From: Candidatus Bathyarchaeota archaeon
Lineage (GTDB): Archaea; Thermoproteota; Bathyarchaeia; Bathyarchaeales; Bathycorpusculaceae
Direction: 5' to 3'
Length of the DNA: 64,000 bases
NCBI GenBank assembly: GCA_963827165.1
Contig: CAWGZR010000010.1
Coordinates: forward strand, 96,001 to 160,000
The number at the start of each line of letters is the position of its first letter. The first letter of the stretch is position 1. The position numbers were made by a program, and so were the translations under genes. Of this stretch, positions 20,322 through 28,879 are shown one piece after another. A model generated the notes under the pieces. It was not told the origin of the DNA. It saw nothing but the letters and a program-made list of their open reading frames with translations, and did not search any database.

Positions 20322-20717
20322 TTAAGCTTTTTGCTCGGCTGCCACAACCACAAGCGTTAAGCCATCCATGTCAACGACCTTTATCGCGGTGCCTGCGGGT
20401 ATGTTTGTGTCTTTGGCTGTGGCTTCCCAGAACTCGCCGATCACGCGGACTTCACCTTTTGGGTTGAGGCCCGTAGTCGACGTGCCGACGGCGCCGATTA
20501 AAGCTTCTTTGCCTGTTTTGACACGTTTGAACTGGGCTCCGAATCCTTCGGCGAATATGACGATTATGATTGCTGCGACCGCGAACAGGGTTGCTGCCAA
20601 GGCGGCTTCGCCTGCTGTGGATAGTCCGATGAAGCTTATTCCGACGAGCGCTACGTATACGAGGAAGGCTCCGACAGCTATCAGGACGCCGATGAGTAAC
20701 CCAAGTGAAACATGCAT
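20322..20717 (-). CDS. Short NfeD-like protein (TMs plus OB fold)
   Basis: TGKEALIG and GEVRVIGEFWEA; lies directly upstream of the slipin. Confidence 0.85.
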   Translation of the reverse strand: MHVSLGLLIGVLIAVGAFLVYVALVGISFIGLSTAGEAALAATLFAVAAIIIVIFAEGFGAQFKRVKTGKEALIGAVGTSTTGLNPKGEVRVIGEFWEATAKDTNIPAGTAIKVVDMDGLTLVVVAAEQKA

Positions 20718-20999
20718 ACAGACAGCTCACTATTACATTGTTTGAATTTGCTTATAAAATTGATTGGCTGAGGGATGGGTTGGTTTTTTGTTGTTTGTGT
20801 TTTGTTATGAAAAAAGGTTTTTCATGCCACTTCTAAGAGAATTTGTTCCATAAGATTTGGGTTGCTTTGGCTGTTTGGGGCTGAAGCGTTTGAAAGTCAC
20901 GTTTCTTCCCGTGGGATCCCGTTGAATCCCCTGCTTCCAGTGGAACCCCGCTTTTTCCGGTTTATTTTGGAATCCGTTTTCACCGGGACTGTTGGCCGC

Positions 21000-21749
21000 T
21001 TAGGTTTCAAGAAGATTCTGCAGCAATTTGATGGCTGACCATGCCGCCAACGCGCTCGTATGCGGATTGCCTGGGTGAGGGTCGTTTGCAAAACGCAGAG
21101 ACATCTCGCCGAACCGCCATCGAACCTGAATTTCATGCGTGTTCCTCGTTTCAGCTGGGTCGGAAATCACACGAACCTTCACCTTGGCAGGCTTAACCGT
21201 TAACGCTAAAGTGGCAGCAACATTCATCTCCCGCGGAAACAACTTTGCCGCCTCCTCCGCATACCCCTCATAAACAACGTCTTCAACCGCGTTATCCTTG
21301 CCAAGCGCCTTGGGGTTCTTGCGTGAAGTCAAAGTCACCTCTTCGATACCCGCCAAAGCCGCGCTGGAAAAAGCATCCAAACCCCCGATGGCGCCCGACG
21401 GAACATGAACACGCCTCAAATCAACATCCAACCCAAGCAGCGCACCCGTACTCATCACTATAAGTTCAGCTCCTGACGCAGCAATTTTTGGCACATATTC
21501 CTTCGCAGCCTGCTGAGAGGCGGCTTCAACCACAACCTTCGGCTTCTGGGCGAGAAGTTCATCCACGTTCTTCGCTATCTCAACAGGAAACTTGAGCGCG
21601 CCTTTGAGGTTTTGCGCTTTTGAATCGTCAATGTCGTAGACTACGAGTTCGTCGCAGACAACAAGTTTCCGTTCGATAGCTTCAGCTAGAACCGTGCCAA
21701 TCGCACCGCATCCTATCAAACCAACCTTTTTCTTTACCTTGCCACTCAT
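21000..21749 (-). CDS. nadX: L-aspartate dehydrogenase
   Basis: GCGAIG, VVEAAS, PSGAIGGLD, FPREMNVAA and NPHTSALAA. Confidence 0.92.
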   Translation of the reverse strand: MSGKVKKKVGLIGCGAIGTVLAEAIERKLVVCDELVVYDIDDSKAQNLKGALKFPVEIAKNVDELLAQKPKVVVEAASQQAAKEYVPKIAASGAELIVMSTGALLGLDVDLRRVHVPSGAIGGLDAFSSAALAGIEEVTLTSRKNPKALGKDNAVEDVVYEGYAEEAAKLFPREMNVAATLALTVKPAKVKVRVISDPAETRNTHEIQVRWRFGEMSLRFANDPHPGNPHTSALAAWSAIKLLQNLLET

Positions 21750-21903
21750 GCGTTAAGCCTTCACAATGCCATTTTGCTGCCTAGCCGTTAAAGTTGGCGG
21801 TAAAAAAAACTAAAAATACATCTTGAAACATTATCGCGAGAATAGGTTAATGAGGTAGCCGAAAGATTCGTCTGTTGAATGCGTTTTTTAATCCGCAAGG
21901 TTA

Positions 21904-21939
21904 ATATGAATAATTATTCATATGAATGATTATTCATAA
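21904..21939. promoter_or_regulatory. Tandem ArsR/SmtB-type operators
   Basis: Perfect palindrome ATATGAATAATTATTCATAT (21904-21923) overlapping a second imperfect copy (21920-21939). The TGAA-N6-TTCA core resembles SmtB/CzrA operators; it sits upstream of an ArsR gene. Confidence 0.8.
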
Positions 21940-21963
21940 CATCATGGTCAGGACAGGAAAGAA

Positions 21964-22290
21964 ATGAAAAAAGAGCTAACGAAAATCTGCTACAGATTCT
22001 TCACCAACCTCGCAAACCCCACCAGACTGGCTGCGATAGAGCAACTCTTGGAGAAACCTATGAGTGTAAACGAACTTGCAGAGGCGCTTGGACAAGAACA
22101 AAGCATGATTTCACACAATCTCAAACCCCTCCTCCAATGCAACCTTATCGCCATAAAAAAAGAAGGCAAAAAACACATCTACACCGTCAACGAAGAAACT
22201 CTGTTGCCCATTTTCGGAGCTATTGAGAACCATGCTCAGAAATTCTGTCCGTCCGTCGGAAAATGCTTGAATGGAGCAAAATCATCATGA
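21964..22290 (+). CDS. ArsR/SmtB family transcriptional repressor
   Basis: LANPTRLAAI and SVNELAEALGQEQSMISHNL helix-turn-helix. Confidence 0.92.
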   Translation: MKKELTKICYRFFTNLANPTRLAAIEQLLEKPMSVNELAEALGQEQSMISHNLKPLLQCNLIAIKKEGKKHIYTVNEETLLPIFGAIENHAQKFCPSVGKCLNGAKSS

Positions 22291-22940
22291 TTAAAAGGAA
22301 AATAGTAAAAATAAACGAATCACTCTGCAACGGTTGCGGCAGTTGCATCCCTAAATGTGCGGAAGGCGCCCTCCAAATAGTAGACGGTAAAGCAAAAATA
22401 ATCAAAGAAACCTACTGCGATGGCTTGGGTGCCTGTTTGGGGCAATGTCCTCAAGGAGCAATAAGCGTGACAGAACGTGAGGCGGAACCCTTCGACGAAA
22501 AAGAAGTGCACGAATACCTCAAGAACAAAACAATCCCTTCGCCACCACAAAGCAGCCCAGCCAACTCGACGCCACAGAAGCCCCAGTGGCCTGTAAAACT
22601 GAATCTTGTTCCGACAAAGGCGCCATTTTTTGAAAATGCCGACCTTCTACTTGTTGCTGACTGCGCACCTATTGCAATGAAAAATTTCCATGAGACACTT
22701 ATGCCTGGAAAACGAGTTATCATCGGATGCCCAAAATTCAACGACGCCAGAGAATACGCCCAAAAACTAGCAGAAATCTTCCAACAAAACAACATCGCAT
22801 CCGTAACCGTTGCCCATATGGAGGTCCCATGCTGCGTCGGCTTAAAGTGGGCGACAAATAAAGCTCTTGAGTTATCCGGCAAGAAAATCCCAGTTAAAGA
22901 GTATGAGATAAAAATTGGAGGCGAAATAATTGAGCTCTAA
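22287..22940 (+). CDS. 2x[4Fe-4S] ferredoxin-domain protein with Cys-containing C-terminal domain
   Basis: CNGCGSCIPKC, CDGLGACLGQCP, QWPVKL, LVADC, IGCPK and MEVPCC. ATGA overlap with arsR. Confidence 0.85.
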   Translation: MIKRKIVKINESLCNGCGSCIPKCAEGALQIVDGKAKIIKETYCDGLGACLGQCPQGAISVTEREAEPFDEKEVHEYLKNKTIPSPPQSSPANSTPQKPQWPVKLNLVPTKAPFFENADLLLVADCAPIAMKNFHETLMPGKRVIIGCPKFNDAREYAQKLAEIFQQNNIASVTVAHMEVPCCVGLKWATNKALELSGKKIPVKEYEIKIGGEIIEL

Positions 22941-23184
22941 AGATAAACCCATGGAAAAGAACCCTCAAACATGCCCTGGACTTCGAGACCTGCTACAACC
23001 TAAACCAGCCTACATTAAATGTCATGTCTGCGGCGGCGATCTGGAAATTTGGAGTGACGAAGACAAGACAGTTTGCCCAAGTTGCGGAGCAGAGTGGAAA
23101 CGCCCTGACAAGTCAGCCGCTTGCCTAGAATACTGCCAGTATGCTGACAAATGCAGAGGGATCATAGAATCCCGAAGAACCTGA
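22930..23184 (+). CDS. Small Cys-rich zinc-ribbon-like protein
   Basis: CPG, CHVCG..EIWSDE, CPSCG and CLEYCQYADKC. Confidence 0.75.
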   Translation: MSSKDKPMEKNPQTCPGLRDLLQPKPAYIKCHVCGGDLEIWSDEDKTVCPSCGAEWKRPDKSAACLEYCQYADKCRGIIESRRT

Positions 23185-23245
23185 CATAGGAAATTTCTGG
23201 GATTAGCCCAGAAAAAACCCCTTCTTGTTTTAATAATTGGTGTTT

Positions 23246-24042
23246 CTACCGGTTTCTTTCGCTTCGAACGAAAAGGAAAGTTCCAACTGCAAAGAACGCT
23301 ATCGAAAAGATTGTGATTATTGCTAAGTCGGCTATGGGGCTGTATAGAACTATGTGGCTGTAAGCTGGTGTTCCTTGATATACCTAGTCCTCTGAGCAAA
23401 TCTACCTAGATAGGTCATGGGCATGGCATGAGCTAAAACGCCTAAAACCCCGGTTGAATCTTTTATAGGGATAATTGCACCCGAGAGAAACATCTGAGCA
23501 AACGCAATCATTATCACTCCTTTATCCGCCGTCTTTGGACTGCTACTAAATATCCTAGCTATCAAAGCGCCTAATGAGCCACCTGCTACACAGATAATGG
23601 GCGCCAACAGAAGAATCCATCCAATCGTTGACAACCCCACGGATATGCCCATAACTAAAGCCACAATAACAAAGGCAAATAGTTGTAGTATGCTTGTTAT
23701 GGTGCCTCCTACGATTTTGCCCAAGATGATGGAGTAGCGAGAGATTGGCGCGACAAAGATTTCCTGTGTGAAGTCATTTTCGCGGTCTTCAACTAAAGAT
23801 GTAACGCTCATCATCGTGTTCATGACAAGCGTGTTTGCAACCATCCCTATGAGTGCAAACTGCAAATAGTTATAGCCCAAGCCGCTGCTAAGGTTTTGTG
23901 CAATGCTGCCGCCCAAAATGCCTAGGAAAAGCACGGGCATCATAAGGCTAAAAGCAAGCGAGGTTTTCCAGTCTTTGAAGAAACGGGCTATCTCCCGGGC
24001 ACCAATGACTGCAATCGCGTTGAATTCTTTTTGAAATGACAT
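23246..24042 (-). CDS. ABC-2 type exporter permease with two apparent +1 insertions near the 3' end
   Basis: EDREND..EIFVAPISR..IILGK. Removing one base at each of 23405/6 and 23383/4 restores PMTYLVDLLRGLVY...FLFVRSERNR*. Confidence 0.85.
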
Positions 24043-25007
24043 TACTGAGCCATCTTCCCATTTTTGTCGCCTACTAAATCCATGTAGGCTTCCTCTAAGG
24101 ATGGTGTATGAATCTCCATCAAGATCAGGGGCGTCTTGATTTGGCTTAGAATTTGCTGGGGGGTCTGCTGTGCAAAGCTTATTTTGAACTTGCCGTCTTC
24201 AGTGGTTTCTGGCTTAAAAGACTCAAGTTGCGAGCGTAATTCACTGCGGTTATCAGCATCTAGGAGCACATATTTTTCAAGCAGGCGATTTTTCATCTCC
24301 GTTGGCGTACCCAGAAAAACAATTTGACCGTGATTGACGATGCATATTCGGTCGGCATTTTCGGCTTCTTCGATGTAGTGTGTTGTTAGGAATATTGTAG
24401 TTTTTTGGATTTTGCTTACTTTTCTCAAATAAATCCATAGGTCTCTACGGGAAACAGCATCTAATCCCTGGCTTGGTTCATCTAAGAACAACACTTTGGG
24501 TTTATGCATTAACCCCCGAATGATTTCCAATTTACGCTTCATTCCACCTGAGAAAGTTTTAAGGGGCTTGAACAAGTCTTCCCGAATGCCCATATATTCG
24601 GCCATCTCCAGGACTTGACTTTGATATTCCTGAGGCATGAGCCGAAAGAGAGGTTTGTATGTATAGACGCCGTAAAGGTTCACGTGTAAACGGATATTTT
24701 CTTCAGCAGATAGATAGAGATCTAAACTTGGATTTTGGAAAATAATGCCTACGTTCTGACGGACTTCTTTTGCTTGAGAGTTTATATCGTAGCTGGCGAT
24801 TGTTACGTTTCCGCTTGTTTTTGCCAGTGTTGTAGTTAAGATTGATATTGTGGTTGTTTTTCCCGCTCCGTTGGGACCGAGGAACGCAAAGAATTCGCCG
24901 GGTTGTACATCGAAGCTGATGCCGTTCACGGCTGGTTTTTCTGATTTGCTGTATCGTTTGGTTAGGTTTTTGACTTGTATGATTGGTTGCATTTTGTTTT
25001 CGCCCAT
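24042..25007 (-). CDS. ABC exporter ATP-binding subunit (DrrA-like)
   Basis: GPNGAGKTT, FSGGM, LFLDEP and TTHY. Confidence 0.95.
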   Translation of the reverse strand: MGENKMQPIIQVKNLTKRYSKSEKPAVNGISFDVQPGEFFAFLGPNGAGKTTTISILTTTLAKTSGNVTIASYDINSQAKEVRQNVGIIFQNPSLDLYLSAEENIRLHVNLYGVYTYKPLFRLMPQEYQSQVLEMAEYMGIREDLFKPLKTFSGGMKRKLEIIRGLMHKPKVLFLDEPSQGLDAVSRRDLWIYLRKVSKIQKTTIFLTTHYIEEAENADRICIVNHGQIVFLGTPTEMKNRLLEKYVLLDADNRSELRSQLESFKPETTEDGKFKISFAQQTPQQILSQIKTPLILMEIHTPSLEEAYMDLVGDKNGKMAQ

Positions 25008-25030
25008 TTTGTTTAGCACCAATAAACCAA

Positions 25031-25087
25031 CTTAACAACGTTAAATAAAAGCTTAACTGTGTTAAATAATCACTTAACATGGTTAAA
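25031..25087. promoter_or_regulatory. Three TetR-type operators, CTTAAC-N3-GTTAAA, spaced 21 bp apart
   Basis: Copies at 25031-25045, 25052-25066 and 25073-25087, between the divergent ABC and TetR genes. Confidence 0.85.
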
Positions 25088-25119
25088 CATATAAACAGCT
25101 AAAGCACAATCTTACTCAA

Positions 25120-25785
25120 ATGAAACCCAAAAAGACAAAAACGACAGGCATACAGCCTGAAGCCGTAATAAAAGCAGCTTTGGAAATATTAGATGCTGAA
25201 GGCTTAGACAACGTAACCCTAAGACGCATAGCAGCAAAACTAAACGTACAAGCGCCCGCTCTGTATTGGCATTTCAAAAACAAACAAGATATTACAGAAG
25301 ACATGGCCCAAACCATCCTCACAAACGCAAAACTCGACAAATTTACCCCACCAGCCGACATCAACAATTGGCCTCAATGGCTAGCGGACTTAATGCATTG
25401 CCTACGTAACGCGCTAATTGCTCACAGAGACGGCGGTCGCGTTGTTGCGGGAGCATCGTTTGGTCGCGCTTACGCTTTAGAAAAAATGTTAGCTCAAATT
25501 GCCAGGGTTTTAAACGAAGCTGGGTTTGACAGCTTTCCTGCAGGTCTAGCTGCCGCCACAACAATCGATTACGTTTGGGGCTTCGTAATTGAAGAGCAAG
25601 CGGGTCCTGAACCCGAAACACTTAGAGCGTACTTAGCCAACCCATCCACCAGGACTAATTCAGAAGACGACACATTCCTAAGCGCCTTTATGAACGAATA
25701 CCGCAAAATAACTCCCACAGAAACCTTTGACTGGGGCTTACAAGTAATAATAACTGGGCTAAAATCCGCCCTAACCAAACCCTAA
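25120..25785 (+). CDS. TetR family regulator with TetR_C-type domain
   Basis: LDAEGLDNVTLRRIAAKLNVQAPALYWHFKNK, HRDGGRV and FDWGL. Confidence 0.95.
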   Translation: MKPKKTKTTGIQPEAVIKAALEILDAEGLDNVTLRRIAAKLNVQAPALYWHFKNKQDITEDMAQTILTNAKLDKFTPPADINNWPQWLADLMHCLRNALIAHRDGGRVVAGASFGRAYALEKMLAQIARVLNEAGFDSFPAGLAAATTIDYVWGFVIEEQAGPEPETLRAYLANPSTRTNSEDDTFLSAFMNEYRKITPTETFDWGLQVIITGLKSALTKP

Positions 25786-25837
25786 ACTTTTCGGAAAGCT
25801 AAAAATAAAGCAGTATACACTGATTATTTCTTGTAGG

Positions 25838-25941
25838 GTAATCTGGGGAGCTGGGAAATTGACCTGGCTGAGAGGACGGCTATGTGCTGTCGACCCTTAG
25901 AACCTGAACCAGATAATGCTGGCGGAGGGAAAAAAGTGGAT
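25838..25941 (+). ncRNA. TPP (THI-box) riboswitch
   Basis: GGGG (25845-48); P3 GCTGGG/CCTGGC; TGAGA (25869-73); hairpin GACGGC/GCTGTC; GACCC; AACCTGA; P5 CCAG-ATAATG-CTGG; CGGAGGGA. Upstream of thiamine-related genes. Confidence 0.96.
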
Positions 25942-26481
25942 CCAAACATACTAAGTATAACTAATGACCAACCAATTTCTCAGACAAAACGGGTAGCGTT
26001 AACAGGAGTTATGGCGGCTTTAATCGCGGTGACCACCATAGTTGCCATACCTTTGCCGCCGCCGCTTTCAACAATCAATTTGGCACCGGTAATAATATTC
26101 ACGGTTTGCATACTTCTCGGACCATGGGTAGGATTAACCTGTACAGTGATCGGGTGCGGCATCGGATACTTGGCGGGAACGAGCCTGGGAACAATAATTG
26201 TTCCACCCGGTTTTCTCTATATTTACTTGGTTGGGTTGGTGGCTGCACGCGGTCCCATGGCGTTAGCTGTCGGTGGCCTACGAAAGAAGAGCGAAGTTGC
26301 AGGCATGGTTCTGGGCGTTGTTATTGAAACGGCGGTTTTCTTTTCTATTGATTTCGTGCTGTTCGGAATAGGCTTCGCTGTCTTTGATTTGGGAACGTTT
26401 GTTGACTTAGTGTTCGTACCCATCACCGTGGCGGTGCTTATTGCGGTTAGAAGGATTTTAGACACAAAGTACCTAAATTAG
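25936..26481 (+). CDS. ECF transporter S component, probably for thiamine or a precursor
   Basis: VMAALIAVTT, INL...LLGP..G; about 6 TMs. In-frame GTG at 25936 follows GGAGG; the longer ORF start falls inside the riboswitch. Confidence 0.8.
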   Translation: MDPNILSITNDQPISQTKRVALTGVMAALIAVTTIVAIPLPPPLSTINLAPVIIFTVCILLGPWVGLTCTVIGCGIGYLAGTSLGTIIVPPGFLYIYLVGLVAARGPMALAVGGLRKKSEVAGMVLGVVIETAVFFSIDFVLFGIGFAVFDLGTFVDLVFVPITVAVLIAVRRILDTKYLN

Positions 26482-26491
26482 ATGACGAGAA

Positions 26492-27172
26492 ATGGGCAGT
26501 CATACACGTTTTGAGAAGGAACGAACCGCAAAAGACTACGAAGCGTACTACGAAACCAAATACAAAAAAGCAGACGTGCTTGAGAAGAAACTGATAACCC
26601 AGCTTTTTGCGCAATTTCCCAACGCAAAAAATGTTTTAGAAGTAGGCTGCGGAACTGGACACTTCACAGGATGGCTGAAATCTTCCATAGCCCTAGAAGC
26701 TGTCGGAGTTGACACCTCGTGGGCTATGCTAAGAGAGGCCAAAAGCTTTTTGCCCCAAATAGCCTTAGCTCAGGGGGAAGGTAGCCGTTTGCCTTTCAAA
26801 GACAAATCGGTGGATGTTGTGTTTTTTATGACTAGCCTGGAGTTTATTTCAGATGCTGTTGGAGCGCTCAAGGAAGCTGCAAGAGTGGCGAGAGTTGGAA
26901 TAAATCTGGGTCTCATGAACAAAAATAGCCTTAGCACCCTGAAAAAAAGACTAAAAGCTGCAACATTAAACGACTCATTCTACAAGCAGGCAAGGTTTTA
27001 TTCCCTTTCAGACATAAAAACAATAATGGAAAAAATTCTTCCCGAAGAGCACGAAATTGTTTTTTGCAGTACGACTGTTTTTTCCAAGCCATTCAGCAGC
27101 AAAGAGTCATCGGTTTTCCCTTTTGGGGGGCTTCTTGGAATAGCAGTTAGATTGGAGGGGTTTGATGAGTAA
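26492..27172 (+). CDS. Class I SAM-dependent methyltransferase
   Basis: VLEVGCGTG, LPFKDKSVDVV and LKEAARV. Confidence 0.92.
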   Translation: MGSHTRFEKERTAKDYEAYYETKYKKADVLEKKLITQLFAQFPNAKNVLEVGCGTGHFTGWLKSSIALEAVGVDTSWAMLREAKSFLPQIALAQGEGSRLPFKDKSVDVVFFMTSLEFISDAVGALKEAARVARVGINLGLMNKNSLSTLKKRLKAATLNDSFYKQARFYSLSDIKTIMEKILPEEHEIVFCSTTVFSKPFSSKESSVFPFGGLLGIAVRLEGFDE

Positions 27173-28217
27173 AACTGGAAAGTTTTCTTATGACTTAATT
27201 GAAAGGCTCGTTTACCCTAAACTTGGTGCAGACCGAGCTGAGGTGCTTGTAGGTCCAGGCGCGGGGCATGATAACGCAGTCGTCAAGTTGAAAGGTGGTC
27301 AAGTTCTAGTGGCAACCGCGGACCCCCTCTCAGTTATACCCGCTTTGGGAGTAAAGAACTCAGCGTATATCTCGTTTCATTTACTTGCTTCAGACTTAGC
27401 GACCTGTGGTTTTTCTCCCGAATTTTTTATGGTTAATCTTAATTTGCCTCCTGAAATGAGCGATGAAGATTTCGATACGTATTGGAGCACCATAGATGAA
27501 GAATGTAGAAAGCTCAACGTCGCGATTGTCGGTGGGCACACGGGCAGATACCCTGGATCAGGATACACCGTTGTCGGCGGCGGAGTCATGATGACAATTG
27601 CGCCGGAAAACCAGTACTTAGCGACAACGATGGCCAAACCCGGTGACCTTATAATGATGACCAAAGGAGTTGCGATAGCAACAACCGGGATACTTTCAAG
27701 GGTCTTTTCCGAAACAGTTGAGAAAAATTACGGATCCTCTTTTCTGAAGAAGGCTAAGCACTACCTTTATGATTTTAGCGTGGTTGAAGACGCGTTGATT
27801 GCGGCGTCCATAGGCTTGAGGGACGAAGGGGTTACCTCGATGCATGATGTTACTGAAGGAGGGTTGCTAGGAGCATTATACGAGCTTTCCGAAGCGTCAA
27901 ACACGGGTTTAGAAGTTGATCTTTCCAAAGTGATTATCACTGATGAAGCCGCCAAAATTTGTGAACTTTTCAAGATATCCCCTTACCACACCTTAAGTGA
28001 GGGAACCCTAATCTTGACAGTCAAACCCGAAATGGCTTCAGCTGTTCAGCAAGTCCTAGATTTGAAAGGAATAAAAAACGCGGTGATAGGAAAAATTGTC
28101 GATGCAAAAAATGGCAAGTGGACCAAAAACGCAGACAGAAGCGAGATTCTGGGCAAACCTGAGGCTGACCCGTATTGGGAAGCTTATTCTATGGCAATTA
28201 GAGAGGGGTGGAAATGA
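27165..28217 (+). CDS. AIR synthase-related (PurM/HypE/ThiL superfamily) protein
   Basis: GPGAGHDNAVV, ATADP, SDLATCG, GGHT and MHDVTEGGL. Confidence 0.88.
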   Translation: MSKTGKFSYDLIERLVYPKLGADRAEVLVGPGAGHDNAVVKLKGGQVLVATADPLSVIPALGVKNSAYISFHLLASDLATCGFSPEFFMVNLNLPPEMSDEDFDTYWSTIDEECRKLNVAIVGGHTGRYPGSGYTVVGGGVMMTIAPENQYLATTMAKPGDLIMMTKGVAIATTGILSRVFSETVEKNYGSSFLKKAKHYLYDFSVVEDALIAASIGLRDEGVTSMHDVTEGGLLGALYELSEASNTGLEVDLSKVIITDEAAKICELFKISPYHTLSEGTLILTVKPEMASAVQQVLDLKGIKNAVIGKIVDAKNGKWTKNADRSEILGKPEADPYWEAYSMAIREGWK

Positions 28218-28855
28218 AAGGTTACCCTAAGCTTGGGGGTTTGTATCTTGTCGTTTCACCGATTTTGCCTGACGAGCAACTGCTTTTTGCAACGGAGATG
28301 GCTCTTGATGGAGATGTAGATCTTCTTCAGCTTTCAGCAGGCAAAGAAACGCCGGGTCTGCACGTTTTGGGAACCAAGCTTGTAGACATGGCGAGGGAGC
28401 ATGGGATCCCATTTCTAGTTAACAACAGCTTGGAGTTGGCTAAAGAGGTTAGCGCTGATGGGGTGCACTTAGATGCTTTTGATGTAACCCCAACAGAAGC
28501 CAGACGCCTTCTCGACAGTGAAGCCATAGTAGGTTATACAGTGAACGTTGATTTGGAAAAAATCAAATGGGCAGAAGATGCAGGTGCAGATTACGTTTCG
28601 TTTTGTTCAATTTTTCATCAATGCCCTGGCAATCAATGCCCAATAGTGCCTTTAGATACCGTTAAAAACGCGGCATCCGCTACAAACCTTCCGATTTTTG
28701 CAGCCGGAGGAATAAATTTAGAAAACATTCTGTTGGTTCTGGAAGCAGGAGTGGAAGGAGTCGCAGTCACCTCAGCCATTCTTAAGTCAAAGGATCCGCG
28801 GAAAACCGCGAGAGAATTTAAACAAATGATTAGCAAATATGGGAAGAAAAGGTAG
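28214..28855 (+). CDS. Thiamine-phosphate synthase (ThiE/TenI fold) paralog with divergent active site
   Basis: LYLV, ADGVHL, GADYV, AAGGI and GVAVTSAI are present. QLR, ND, GQ(D/E)D and TxS/TK are altered. ATGA overlap with the upstream gene. Confidence 0.85.
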   Translation: MKGYPKLGGLYLVVSPILPDEQLLFATEMALDGDVDLLQLSAGKETPGLHVLGTKLVDMAREHGIPFLVNNSLELAKEVSADGVHLDAFDVTPTEARRLLDSEAIVGYTVNVDLEKIKWAEDAGADYVSFCSIFHQCPGNQCPIVPLDTVKNAASATNLPIFAAGGINLENILLVLEAGVEGVAVTSAILKSKDPRKTAREFKQMISKYGKKR

Positions 28856-28879
28856 CTCGAAAGACCTTTCCAAATGATC

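Noticed and set aside
20895-21000. Cobalamin riboswitch-like pieces on the minus strand (CCGGTGAAAA, CCACTGG...GGGAAG)
   Set aside because: No AGGGAA and no B12-box, and the downstream gene is unrelated. Some local hairpins remain unexplained.
25031-25087. Mini CRISPR array
   Set aside because: Repeats of 15 bp with 6-bp spacers and no cas genes; TetR operators explain it.
25882-25935. N-terminal extension MCCRPLEPEPDNAGGGKK of the ECF S-component
   Set aside because: It is translated riboswitch sequence; GTG 25936 has a proper SD.
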